The translations under genes were made by a program, and so were the position numbers. The notes under the pieces are model-generated. The model searched no databases and had not been told where the DNA came from. It worked only from the letters and a program-made list of their open reading frames with translations. A stretch of 64,000 bases of DNA from Felis catus (lineage: Eukaryota): the NCBI RefSeq assembly GCF_018350175.1, contig NC_058368.1, forward strand, positions 179,120,001-179,184,000, read 5' to 3'. Below, in pieces: positions 31,499 to 44,599 of this stretch. Within the stretch, counting starts at the first letter, position 1. Each line of letters begins with the position of its first letter.

Positions 31499-31709
31499 GG
31501 GGTGACTGGGTGGCTCAGTCGGTTGAGTGTATGACTCTTGATTTCAGCTCAGGTCATGATCTCATAGATTTCTGGGTTCAAGCCCTGCATCAGTCTCTAT
31601 GCTGACAGTGCAGAGCCTGCATGGGAGTCTCTCTCTCCCTCTCTCTGTCCCTCTCCCACTCACAATGTCTCTGTCTCTCTCAAAGTAAATAAATAAACTT
31701 AAAAACATA
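31499..31709 (+). mobile_element. Can-SINE
   Basis: GGGGTGACTGGGTGGCTCAGTCGGTTGAG head, CT tract, aaataaataaacttaaaaa tail. Confidence 0.9.
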
Positions 31710-31721
31710 GGGACGCCTGGG

Positions 31722-31939
31722 TTTTGAGAGAGAGAGAGAGAGAGAGACAGAGAGAGAGAGAGGGAGAGAGATAGTGCAAGAGGGGGAGGGGCAGAGAGAG
31801 AAGGAGACACAGAATTTGAAGCAAGCTCTAGGCTCTGAGCTGTCAGGACAGAGCCTGACACAGGGCTCAAACTCATGAACTTGAGATCATGACCTGAGCC
31901 AAAGTTGGATGCTCAACCAACTGAGCCACCCAGGCACCC
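31722..31939 (-). mobile_element. Can-SINE (SINEC_Fc type), tail largely missing
   Basis: ttttgagagag...ggagacacagaatttgaagc...tgagccacccaggcaccc. Confidence 0.9.
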
Positions 31940-34119
31940 AGACCATCTTAATATGTTATGCAAGCACAGCAAAATGCTCAAACACATTGTTTCTCTCTGG
32001 AGAGTGTATAAATGTGTGATCCTTCCTCAGAACTGTGTTCCAATTTGTGGTGTCTCTAATTCATTTTTACACTGACCTTATAAAACTCAGACATATTAGG
32101 GAAGTTGAGGCAGTGCAATTAAACTTAAAACATGTGTCACCCGATTTAGTAATTCATTAGTACTCCTTTTATTGTTCAGTCTTGTTTCCTGTATGTTAGC
32201 AACAACCCCCAAAGTGGGCAAATTCTTAGGGAAACTGGTAGTATATTCTGCCTTCCTCTTACCGATCTAAGGGGTTGAATGCTTATAAAAGAGACAGAGG
32301 GGAAGTTCACCATTGGCCCGACTCATGCGTCAGCTCCTAGGGCTTTGCCCTCAAAGAAGAAACTAGAAAGAGCTAACATCCAGAGAAAAATAAATAAGGC
32401 CAGCAAGGCACATACCTGCCAAGTCTCATCTCATCTCTAACTTAAATATCACCTCAATGTCCAATTGAAAGTAAGTCCCAGTCAAACGCCATCATATCAT
32501 CCTGTTTTAATTATCTGCATTGCATGGATTGCCTTCTGACATTTTCTTGTTTATTTACTCATTTATTTATTTTCCGAATTCCCCCCATCATACCATGATA
32601 GAAAGGTTCAATAAGCTTATTCAATGCTATATCCCCAATACCTAGCACAAAGCACATGTTAGGTACTCATTGAATTGATCTTGAATCAATAAAAGAAGTT
32701 AGAGCATCATGATTTTCCTTGTCCCAAAATGAAGACTTCCATCATTTCAAGACAGAGAAATATCAGCCTGTTGAACCAGTCAACGAAGGTTCCCAAGTTC
32801 ATTTGCTAGGGGAAGAAGACATAGCAGCCCAGGCAGAATTCCATGCAAGCAGAATCACATTCTCATTAATATTGAGAGACACAAATTTACCGATGCCCTT
32901 TCCTGCATGTTTACATCATGAATTGGTTCTCTGCAAAATGAACCACTGATTGATTCCCTGTCCCTGTCCTTCTCGTGAAACATCTGTCTCCTGGTTTAAT
33001 CAGGAGGCCCTATGGGACTTTCCTATTTATCAAGAAAATAAATAGGCTCCTCCTTCTAACTAATAATAGATAAACATGACTGAGACACATTTATATATGC
33101 CAGGAAAACTTTGTCTAAGCAATTAGGACTCTGATCTTATTCCATGCCTCTGGCCCATTTTTCAGGAAATAACAAACAAAATAAATCAGCTGCACTCCAA
33201 TCTAATTGTGACATAACATGAGACATTGCACTTAATGGGCTGTAACTGGAAAATTATTGTAGAGCAACGTAGGTTAATGTAGCATGTCGGTCACTCCTGG
33301 ATCAAACTCATAGGTTTGGCCAATGCCCAAATCCCTCCCTGACTCCTCCTCTGTAATTTTCCTTGCTAACACATGCATCAGAGTGAAAAATCTCATAAAT
33401 GCTCTTCTCTCCAAAGGATCTTGCAGAGAACACCAATATCCTTAGGTATCTTAAGATAACACTCTTAACACACCCTCATGGAAATAGGACAAGAGAAAGG
33501 TCTTTGCTAAAAATAATAACTCTTATCTTCTGATTTCCACTGTTTGTCCTTCCCACAACTAAAAAGCCAGGTTCACTCTCAGAAATAAGTCATCCAACTA
33601 ACAACTGATTTCAACATTTCTACATGTGTCTTGCCCAGCAAGTATTGGTTTTTAGAAGAATGATCTCAGGGATCCATTAAGATCTTTAGTCATCTATGAC
33701 TTAATTTTATTCAGAATATACAATTTATCAAGGCAGCCAATGTTCTTAGGAGTTCTTTTTTTTTTTCTGATACATTTTAGAAAGGTTTTTAGAAAGTCTG
33801 AGCCAAAGAAAGGAACTCAGATTAACCAATGAATTTACTGATAAATCAGAATAGCTGCTGTATCTAGTTCATGCAGACATTATTGCTGGAAGGAGTCTGT
33901 GCTTGTTTACACAGCGCTCTGTGTGTATTCTCAGTGTGCACATGAGTGAGAAAGAAAGAGGGAAGAAGATATAGAGAGGGGAAGACCCACCTCCCTAATA
34001 GCTTCTTTAGGGCACACAACACCCACCCCCACACACACACCCGGCCCCCCATCTGTTCTGAATCTCTCCAGAAAGCCCAGAACACAAATCTGCCCCAAGG
34101 TCATGCTCCCTCCTGATCA

Positions 34120-34350
<231 letters not shown>

Positions 34351-35036
34351 CTACTGTGTGCCTGACACATACTGGCTACTGGGGACACGGTAGTGTTTGA
34401 GACAGATGTGGTCCCTCCCTCTAAGAGATCACCACTAACAGAGACAGGGGGCAAAGAATCAATAACATGTGTGCATTCATAGTCTCTTTCCCTCCCCCAT
34501 TTGCTAAGCAAATTCTGGCCCAGCTACCTAATATTTTTGAAGAGAAGCAGCATTCTCTGTAGCATTATTAAGAGTAGAAGAGATGAGGAGGAAAGGATTT
34601 TGGTATATTTTGCTGGACATTAAGAATATATTTGCCCTTCTCATCTCATTCCCTTTTCAAGACTGAATAAAGATTTGAATTTTTTTAAAATGATCCATTG
34701 GACATAGGACTGTTTTCTTGAATGGAATGTCACAGTATGATGGGCCAAAGATGGCCTTAGTCATTATCTGAGATACACTGAAATAACTATCTAAATGCAG
34801 TTGTGACAACTATTTATATGCAATTGTGCTATCAAAACAAAGTTCAGGGTGTTACAAGAATGTATATCAAAAAAGTCTGTCCTAGTCTGGGTACTCAGGG
34901 AAGTCTTTGCTGAGGATATGACATGTAAATAAAGTCGGTCAGGAAAAGATAAAGAGAAATGTTTCAGGCAAAGCAAACATGCATTTAAAGGCCCTGAGGC
35001 AGAATGGAGCTTGATGCACCTAAAAGCCAGATCCAA

Positions 35037-35305
35037 GGGGTGCCTGGGCTCAGTCAGTTAAGTATCTGACTTCGGCTCAGGTCATGATCTCACAGTTCAT
35101 GAGTTCAAGCCCCGCGTCAGGCTCAGCTGTGCTGACAGCTCAGAGCCTGGAGCCTGCTTCGGATTCTGTGTCTTCCTCTCTCTCTGCCTGTTTCCCACTT
35201 ACACTCTGCCTCTCTGTCTCTCAAAAATAAATAAACATTACTAAATAAACAAATAAACAAAATAAAATAAAGTAAAATAAAATAAAATAAGATAAAAATA
35301 AATAC
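35037..35305 (+). mobile_element. Can-SINE (SINEC_Fc type) inserted in an L2 relic (about 34790-35460)
   Basis: TSD aagccagatccaa (35024-35036) / aaaccagatccaa (35306-35318); long (AAAAT)n tail. Confidence 0.92.
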
Positions 35306-35948
35306 AAACCAGATCCAAGGGGAAAGTGGTAAGAGAAAAATTAGAGAGGACAGACCATGTAGGCCTTGTAGGTCACCCAAGGATTTTGACTTGATCCTAA
35401 AAGTAATGGATACTCCCTGAAGGGTTTTAGGAGAGGCAGTCACACAATTCTGACATATGATCATTTACCATCTTACATCTTCTAGCAACCATACCCACCC
35501 TGTGGGGTACATACTAGTCAGTCCAGCCACACTGGGAAAATTAGGAGAAACTTAGTAGTTTGATGAGTTGAGTCATAAGGTTTGCCATGCCATACAGGAG
35601 TATATATAGTTAGTGTTAAATAAATGCCCATTATCTTGAATTAGGAAAAAAACAAAGTAAAGCTCAAAAACCAAATCATCCTAAAAAAGAATATTAAGAA
35701 TTTAACAAAGTTAAGGGAAGTCCCTTGTTTTTAGAGATTTGTTCTCTCTGATGTCTTGTTACTCTCTCTCTACTCACCTCTAGAAGACTGATGAGAGTAG
35801 TCTAAGCAAGGTCAAGGGGTAAATGGCACTGATAACAAAATGAACACAGCTCTAGATTAACCACTGGTTAAAATTCAATCAAGTTAAATGTAGTTTTTCT
35901 TTTTTCTTCCTCCCTTCCTTCCTTCTTTCCTTCCTCCTTCCCTTCCTC

Positions 35949-35950
<2 letters not shown>

Positions 35951-35988
<38 letters not shown>

Positions 35989-35990
35989 TC
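35951..35990. repeat. (TTTC)10 microsatellite preceded by (CCTT)-rich sequence
   Basis: Read directly from the sequence. Confidence 0.95.
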
Positions 35991-38218
35991 CTTAGTAAGT
36001 TCTAAATATTTCAGTGGAATTTTCAGCAAACTAACCAAGAAGCCTCCAAGGTTCCATCCAAAAAAATAAAAATAAAAAATAATAATAATAATAATAATTG
36101 TTATTATTTCCCATTGGTTATCTCCAGAATGTCACAGTGAAATACCTGGGTATTTCCCAGGACCTTTGATCACATGTAGCATGACCAACAGAGAACCAGC
36201 CTGTTAGGTCTAAACATCAGGCACTAGCAATTTTCTTCTAGGGGAAATACAATAAATAAGAAAAGCAACTTAGAGGGCTGAGCTGGCCCTATCCATCCAT
36301 GCCCAGCAAGACCTGGGTGGTAAGACCAAAGGCCTACCTGGCACCGAGCCAGGTAAGATCTATTGCACGTGACAGTCTCCTCCAAGGAAGGGGAGGACCA
36401 TCCCAACTCCTCCTCAAGATTTTTTTTTTTTTTTGAAATTAGCCTTGCCACTGGCTTGATGTCTAAGATGCTTCTTTTTTTGTCCTACAAAAATTTACCT
36501 TAGATTTCCCAAACTTCTCTTTAAGCATCCACTGGAATCGGACCATGATTTATCCCAACATTGAAAGCTCTGTCTCAGCCAAATTGTTCCCAGTTCACAT
36601 TTGGGCCACACTGAGAATGCCCTAACTTGTCTTTGGTTCATTTATGTCAACCTGCTTTGTAAGAGGGGAGAAGATTGATTTCTTAGGGAAAAAAACAGCT
36701 GTCCAGAGTCAGAATGACATAGGGAGTGCTTTCAAGTTCCCCTGCCCCTTTCTTGTATCATGCCTCTTCTCATCTTTCTTTGTTTTCTACTTCTCTCTCT
36801 CTCATTTTTTTTCTTTTGGTTTTTGCCCTTTTTGTTCCCTCTCTTCCTCATCTCTCAGTTTCCTGAGGGCTTCCCTGTATATCTGGCACTCTCAGAGACA
36901 TCACTCAGGCATGCCCCATTGAGCATATCATCCTGTATGGCACATCAGGGAACAGAGCTGCCTTGTCACTGATCCATTGCCTCCTTCTACAGAGCTGGCT
37001 CAGGTCATCCATCACTTAGATAGGCCAGTAGGCCAGGCACCCTTGCCAATTCAAATATAAGGAAACATGTTTTCTGAGAGGCAGGAAGGGTCCTCTGAGT
37101 ACTTTCAGGATCTTTGTCACAGGCACCTTGGGAAAAGCTGACAGGGAATGGCAAGGGGCCTATGACACACAGACCATTTCAAGGTGGGTTCTGAGGGAAA
37201 AGGGACACTCACTTCCAGTGTTCACTGAGGCCCACCAGGTGAATTAGGCTGACTCTTTAATGTTAGGGATTTAGGTTTGCTATAAAGAGTAGCTTTCTAC
37301 CATGACAATGCTGACACTCTGATGAGAACCATTCAGGATATTTAATACAACTCTTTCCTTGGTGACACACTAAAGTGGGAACTAGCTTGTCTTTGGAGTT
37401 AGATAGATGGACCTGAGTAGAAATCTCAGTTCCACCATTAATACATATGTATGACTTTGGACTAGTCACTTGACCTCCCCAAGCCTCATTTCCTCACCCA
37501 AATGACATGGAGTAAAGGGAATTAAATGATATCACGTACAGACCTCAGTTCATTCTCCTTAGATGAACAGTCCCTCCATGTTTCACAAATGTCTCCAGAA
37601 AAGCCATTATTTTCTAAAGTACTCCTCTTCACTAGGCATTGTACATGGTCTCATTTAATCATAACAACCAAGCTAGAGAGGCACCACTTTCTCCATAAAG
37701 GCAGACGAATTATGCTCCAGCTTTCTTCCATTATGTTAACTGGGCCTTCAAATATGGGACTATGTATTGGCCCAAAACCCCAATGGAGGAGACCAGCAGG
37801 GTCACCACCTGGAAGGATGGTCTAAACCACAAGCAGGGGCCAGGGGCCTAGTAGTGGGGGCTGGAGGTATACCAGAGTCTCCTCCCTGGAGATTCTCAAA
37901 GGTGTGTTCACTTCGTCAAGCTGAGGCACCCAAGGGTTCTCGAGAGCAACCAGTTAAAGTAGTAATAATAATAGCCACAGCCTCTTGGAGCACCACGTGC
38001 CAGGCTCTGTGCTTCTCACTGATATCTGAAAGAAATGACCCTGTGAGATTGGCGCTCACATTTTGCAAATGGGCAACTCAGGGCTAGGAAAGATGAACAA
38101 TTTGCCTGAGGTTAAGAAAGAGTAAATGGTGGGGCCAGGATGTGAACTCAGGCAGATCTCAGAGCCCACATTCTTAACCTGGTACCGCCCTCACCACTCA
38201 TTTCTTAACTCTGGTTGT

Positions 38219-38428
38219 GTTTTATTTTGTTTTTGTTTGTTTTATTTTGTTCTGTTTTTATTTTTTACTTAAGTTTTTTTTTTTATTTTATTTTAATTCC
38301 AGTTAGTTAGCACACAGTGTTACAATAGTTTCAGGTACACAATCTAGTGGTTCAATGCTTCCATACATCACCCTGTACTCATCACAAGTGCCCTCCTCAA
38401 TCCCCATCACCTATTTCACCCATCCCCC
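38219..38428 (-). mobile_element. Short carnivore L1 3'-end fragment with degenerate poly(A)
   Basis: Reverse complement of an L1 3'UTR (ttccatacatcaccctgtactcatcacaagtgccctcct), homologous to about 7880-7990. Confidence 0.85.
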
Positions 38429-38756
38429 TATGAATCTCCTATTTTAAAAGTATGAATTTTAATCTATCCAATGCCACCTGTATGAATCTCATTACCTCTG
38501 GTTGTTCTCCAGAATCACAAACCTATTTACAAAACCCTACTGTGTAACCATAACCGCACTATGGGAAAAATTTGGTGGTAATATTTCTACCTGACTGGTA
38601 CATCCTATAAAAAGTTATTTCCACATTTTCAGGCTCAGTTTCTCTTCCAGGTGGGAATTTCTCCACAAGTGATGGCGGGAATAAAAAGGATGTTCTGTGC
38701 TCTGCTAACTCCAACCTCCCATATACACAGAAGTCAGGCAATACTGAACACACCTA

Positions 38757-38912
<156 letters not shown>

Positions 38913-39139
38913 CTAAGAGGTGGCAGGAAAAAAGGAGGAAGGTAGAGAAAATTAGCCCAGCACCACTGAGGACACAAGCCTGAAGATTTTTGCATTATAA
39001 CCAGGTCTACAACCAAAAGCTTCTGTAATCTGAGCCAAGTCACTTTGACTCTCTTGGCCTTGATTTTCTCATTTTGGGAAATAGTACTATTTGCCCAGCC
39101 TTCATCATAAAATTAGTGTCATAAAAATCACAAATTACT

Positions 39140-40395
39140 TTTTCAAAAAATGCTTAAATGGTCTCCATTGAAACTAAAAACTTCTGCTGTTTGAAAGATG
39201 CATTTAAGAAAATGAAAAGGGGAGGCACAGACTGGGAAAATATATTTGCAAAAACATATATCTGGTAGAGAATTTGCATTTAGAATATACAAATATACAA
39301 TCATATTTAGAATAAACAAATAATTCTTACAACTCAATGATGAGAAAATCAACCCAATTAAAATGGGCAAAACATCTGAACAGACATTTCACACACACAC
39401 AAAAAATTACAAATGGCCATGGCCAGTAGGCACATAAAGAGATGCTCAACTTCACTAGTTATTCAGGAAAATTCAAATTAAAACCACGATGAGATACCAT
39501 CACACAAGCACTAGAATGGGAGCACCAAGTGTTGAAAGGATGCAGAGCTACTGGAACTCTCTCATATACTACTGATGGGGATGCAAAATTGTACGCCCCT
39601 TCTGGAAACAAGTATGGCAGAATCTTTATAAGTGGAACATACACATATCATAGGATCCAGCAATCCTACTGTCAGGTATTACTCAAAAAGAATGAAAATG
39701 TACGTTCAAACATGTGTTTGCAAATGTTCATAGCAGTACTAGTTAAAATAACCCCCAAGTGGAAACAACCCACCTGTCCAAAATGGACAACTGGTCAATG
39801 GTATGGCAACTCAGCAATAAAAAGGGAAAAATAATATATACCACGACACAAACCTCAAAATCACCATTCAGAGTAAAGCAAGTCAAACACAAAAACCAAG
39901 GGGCACCTGGGTGGCTCAGTCGGTTAAGCATCCGACTTCGGCTCAGGTCATGATCTCACAGTGTGTGAGTTTGAGCCCCGCATCGGCTCTATGCTGACAG
40001 CTCAGAGCCTGGAGCCTGTTTTGGATTCTGTGTCTCCCTCTCTCTCTGCCTCTCCCCTGTTCATGCTCTGTCTCTCTCTGTCTCAAAAATAAATAGACGT
40101 TAAAAAAAATTTTTTTTAATTCAAACACAAAAACCATATGATTTCATTTATATGAAACTACAGAAAAGGCAAAAGTGTAGTCACAAAAAAACAAATTAGG
40201 GACTGCCTGCAGCTGGAGACTGGGGAAAGGAGTCAACTGTAAGGGGACTCAAAGAAACTTTCAATGTGATGCAACTGTTGAGATCTTGATCGTGGTGGAG
40301 TTCACCCAGCACTGTATTTTAGCCAGATTCAGTAGACTATAGTTTATAATGAATTGATTTCATTCTGTGAAAATTATCTCAATAGAGCTAAAAAT
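39140..40395 (+). mobile_element. Ancient L1 (L1M-type) ORF2 3' end and 3'UTR, interrupted by a SINE
   Basis: cacagactgggaaaatatatttgca, aaaaccacgatgagatacca, tggaaacaacccacctgtcca. Confidence 0.8.
39900..40120 (+). mobile_element. Can-SINE (SINEC_Fc type)
   Basis: Exact 16-bp TSD tcaaacacaaaaacca (39883-39898 / 40121-40136). Confidence 0.93.
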
Positions 40396-41178
40396 AAACC
40401 TTCTTCCAAATAATACACAGTGGATAAAATGATTTTTTAATCATAAATCAGAGTATGTTAACCTTGAAAAATAAAATTACGTTTCCTTGAAATCTTTTGT
40501 CAGTTTTCTACCACACTTGGAATAACAAATCTTAACTCTTCTCCATGATGCCTTGGGCCTTGTGAGATCTGGCTACTGCTCCCTATGTCTCCAAATCATT
40601 GCCTACCCTCTCCCGTGGCTCAGCATGCACCATCAACACTGGCCTTTCTACTCCTTGAAACTTCAGAACACAGTCCTACCTCAGGACCTTTTCACTTACT
40701 GTTCCCTATACATAGAACACTTTGTCCCTAGATCTTCCCAGGCCTGGTGACTTCACATCATTCAAGTGTCAACTCAGATGTCTTCTCTGAGAGATGCCTT
40801 TCTTGATGGTACATTTTTAAAATAGCTCTTGATGCACTATGATTCACAGAACCCTAGCTTATTGTCTTTTAGAGACTTATCACCATCTGGAATTAATTTG
40901 TTTGTTTGTTTGTTTACTTTGTATTGCCTTTTTTCTTTTCTCCTCTCTGGAATATAAAAGCTCCATGAGAACAGGAAACTTGCCTGGCATTAAACTACCT
41001 GTGGGATGGATGCAGAATGAATTACAGTCCCAAGTACCAAAACAATAAAATGCAGATGGCTATTGATCATCTCAGGTCATAGGACAGATGCCTCCTTGAA
41101 TAATATACACTCTAGTTAATTAGCCTATTATTTTAAGTTTATGATATGTTAAATAATGCCTCACTTGGCTTAAGGCTA

Positions 41179-41391
<213 letters not shown>

Positions 41392-42671
41392 TTATACCAG
41401 AAAATTTGCCTGGTCTCTGAAGATTGCAGACTTTCACAGAACAGCTCTACACCAACAACCTTGCACATGGCTTGTGAGCCATACTGGGACAGTTCATCCT
41501 CTTTGGGTAGTACTGTGGCAGTGTGTATTAAATTTTCCTAAAGTGTATCTTTCCTGCAATATTAAATCTAGAGAAACATCCACATTTGAACAAGAATGTG
41601 TGTTACAGCATTGCTTACATCAGCAAAGTGATGAACAAACCAAAAGGTCTGTCAAAGGGAGAATGGCGAGGGAGGAGGGGCCAACATGGCGAAGAAGTAG
41701 GGGGATCCGAAATTCCCTCGTCTCAAACAAAGCAGGGTTGAAACCAAAGGACTTGGGTTCGGGAGAAAGGGCTTGGGAGGCAAAAAGACAATTGCTTCCA
41801 GGGACCCACTGGCACAATCTGATGGGCCATAGGTGCGTGATTGAGAACCCGAGAGAAAACGAATGGAGGGGAAGGATCCCCTTCTGCAGAGAGACAGAGG
41901 GAAGAAAGAGGCTGGGGAAGCATAGGACTGTTATCTGGACAAGAGAAAAACCAGACAGGGATGGAGAAAGATCCAATCTCTAACTGAGGGGCTTTCTCTG
42001 TTCTGGGGCTGGCTGCCCGGATCACGCACCTTGGGGGGAGGGGAGCCAGCCCCAGGCTCCGTGGCTAGGTCAGGGGCGCAATCTGCAGTGGACGACAGCG
42101 ATCCCCTCCCCGGAGTGCTGTGGGACAGGACAAAACCTGCCTGCGCCCACCAGCCAGGGACCACTTATCAGGTGGTGCAGAGGTGCTTCCCCAGTACCAG
42201 GGCGCGTGGAGCGAGAGTTTGAATCCCAGACAAGCGCCAGGCACAGGAGTCAGCGATGCAACACAAACCACCTCATTTGCGCCTGCGGCACAGTGAGGAC
42301 AGCTCGAACAGAGTGGTTTGGGACACCCGGTCTGTGGTGGAGAGACTGGGGTCTCGCCATTTTTCTCCCCATCACCAACAAGGCGGGCTTCAGGGAAAGG
42401 ACAGCAGGCCCACAGTGGAGGCGGGACCCGCCTACACCTAGCCACGCCCCTCTGCGCCGTATGTACGCGAGAGGTTGACGCTGAGGAACCAGACGGCCCC
42501 GCCTCCAGACCAGCACTGTTGGATTGCCTGGCTTGATTCTTGGACAGTTCTTATTACACAGATACATTCTTCCTTTTCTCCTTCTTATTTCTTCCCTCTA
42601 GTCTGGTTACTCTGGTTGTTGGTTTGTTTAAGCAGACATATTTAATCCATTATCTTGATACATGTTCTATA

Positions 42672-43025
42672 CCTCCTTCTTTATTTTCCTTACTCTCTCC
42701 CTGGATTAAGCCGTATAGTTTCTCTGTCTGGTCAATTTTCTTTTCTTTTTCCCCTGCCTCCTTAACTTATTTTCCTTTCTCTCTCTCTGGATTAAGCCAT
42801 TAGGTTCTCTGGTCAATTTTCTTTTCTTTTTCCCCCGCCTCCTTCTTTATTTTACTTTCTCTCTCTCTGGATTAAACCATATAGTTTCTCTGTCTGGACA
42901 ACTTTCTTTTCTTTTCTTTTTCCCTGCCTCCTTCTTTATTTTCCTTTCTCTTTCTCAGGATTAAGCTGTATAGTTTCTTTTTCTGGTCAATGTTTATTTT
43001 TTTCTTTTTCCCTGCCCCTGTCATT
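42672..43025 (+). repeat. Tandem array of about 4 pyrimidine-rich 80-89 bp units inside the L1 5'UTR
   Basis: Anchor C(T/A)GGATTAA recurs at 42701, 42787, 42867 and 42956. Confidence 0.85.
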
Positions 43026-43411
43026 TCTCTCTTTGTATGGGATAAGGTCTCTTCCATCAGCACTGCCTCCACCCTGTTATTTACTTGTAGCTGGTGCTTC
43101 TGGTTTTGTTTGTTTGTTTGTGTGTTTGCATGTTTGTTTTCTGTTTGTTTTTCTTCATTTTCCTTTCCAGGGCACTTCAACAAACAAATCAAAACACACC
43201 TGGTGGAGGGTCTAAAACATCACTACTAGTAGGGACATAAAGTACAAAAGTCACAATAACAGAGAGCAAGTAACACTTTCCAAAAAACACCTCCTGAAGG
43301 GCCAGGCCCTGGACGGTATATGACCCCTCTTTAATATAGTAGTGCTGGCAGGTACAGGGCACATAATGGACACATTTTTTCAAACACATAATGGATAGAA
43401 AACTAGCCACA

Positions 43412-44531
43412 ATGACAAAAGGGAATAATTCTCCTTAAAAAAAAAAATCCATGAAGAAATGACAGCTAAAGAATTGCTCAAAACAGATATAAACAATTTA
43501 ACTGAACAAGAATTTAGAATAATAGTCATAAGACTAATTGCTGGACTTGAAAAAAGCATAGAAGACATCAGAGAATATATTGCTGCAGAGATCAAGGAAC
43601 TAAAAAATAGTCATGATGACTTTAAAAATGCTGTAAATGTCAGGGCGCCTGGGTGGCTCAGTCGGTTGAGTGTCCAACTTCAGCTGAGGTCATGATCTCA
43701 TGGTTCGTGAGTTTGAGCCCCACGTCAGGCTCTGTGCTGACAGCTCAGAGCCTGGAGCCTGCTTCAGATATTGTGTCTCCTTCTCTCTCTGCCTCATCCC
43801 TGCTTGCACTCTGTCTCTCTCTATCTCTCAAAAGTAAATAAATGTTTTAAAAAATAAAATAAAAATGTTGTAATGAGGTGCAAAATAAACTAGAGGCAGT
43901 GACAGGGAGGATTGAGAGGCGGAGGGGAGAATGGGTGAAATAGAAGATAAAATTATGGAAAAAGATAAAGCTGATAAAAAGAGATAAAAAACATTCTGGA
44001 TTAAGAGGGGAGAATTAGAGAACTAAGTGATCAATGAAATGGAACAATATCCATATCATAGCAGTTCCAAAAGAAGAAAATAGAGAGAAAGGGGCTGAAG
44101 GTGTACTTGAACAAAGCTTAGCTGAGAAACTCCCCAATTTGGGGAAGGAAACAGACATTGAAATCCAGGAGGCATAGAGAAGTCCCTTAAACATAACTTC
44201 AATCAATCTTCTGCATGACATGTCATAGTGAAACAAAATACAAATATAAAGAATTCTGAAAGCAGCTAGAGATAAATGGGCCTTAACCTACAAGGGTAGA
44301 CACATAAGGGTAGTAGCAGACCTATCTGCTGAAACTTGGCAGGCCAGAAAGGAGTGGCAGGAAATTTTCAATGTGCTGAATAGGAAAAATATGCAGCCAA
44401 GAATCCTTTATCCAGCAAGTCTGTCATTCAGAATACAAGGAAAGATAAAGGTTTCCCCAAACAAAAACTGAAGGATTTAATCACCACTAAACTAGTCCTA
44501 CAAGAGATCCTCAGAGGGGGGGGCTCTGTAA
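43412..44531 (+). pseudogene. L1 ORF1p remnant (stops, frameshifts, SINE insertion)
   Basis: MTAKELLKTDINNLTEQEFRIIVIRLIAGLEKSIED.. coiled-coil region; AARDKWALTYKGRHIRVVADLSAETWQARKEWQEIFNVL further downstream. Confidence 0.85.
43643..43860 (+). mobile_element. Can-SINE nested in L1 ORF1
   Basis: TSD aaaaatgctgtaaatg (43624-43639) / aaaaatgttgtaatg (43861-43875). Confidence 0.92.
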
Positions 44532-44599
44532 GTGTAATGTTGCAAAGACCACAAAGGACCAGAGACAACACTACAAGCATGAAACCTACAGATAACACA

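Noticed and set aside
41474..42567. Overlapping 100-170 aa ORFs on both strands, including a possible ORF0-like antisense ORF
   Set aside because: Long ORFs are expected in a GC-rich L1 5'UTR. The ones I checked (42164, 42445) start at GTG, one crosses the insertion junction, none resembles a known protein, and the frame compatible with exon 7 stops at 42065-42067.
42672..43025. CRISPR-like repeat-spacer array
   Set aside because: The units are contiguous tandem copies without unique spacers, the context is a eukaryotic L1, and there are no cas genes.
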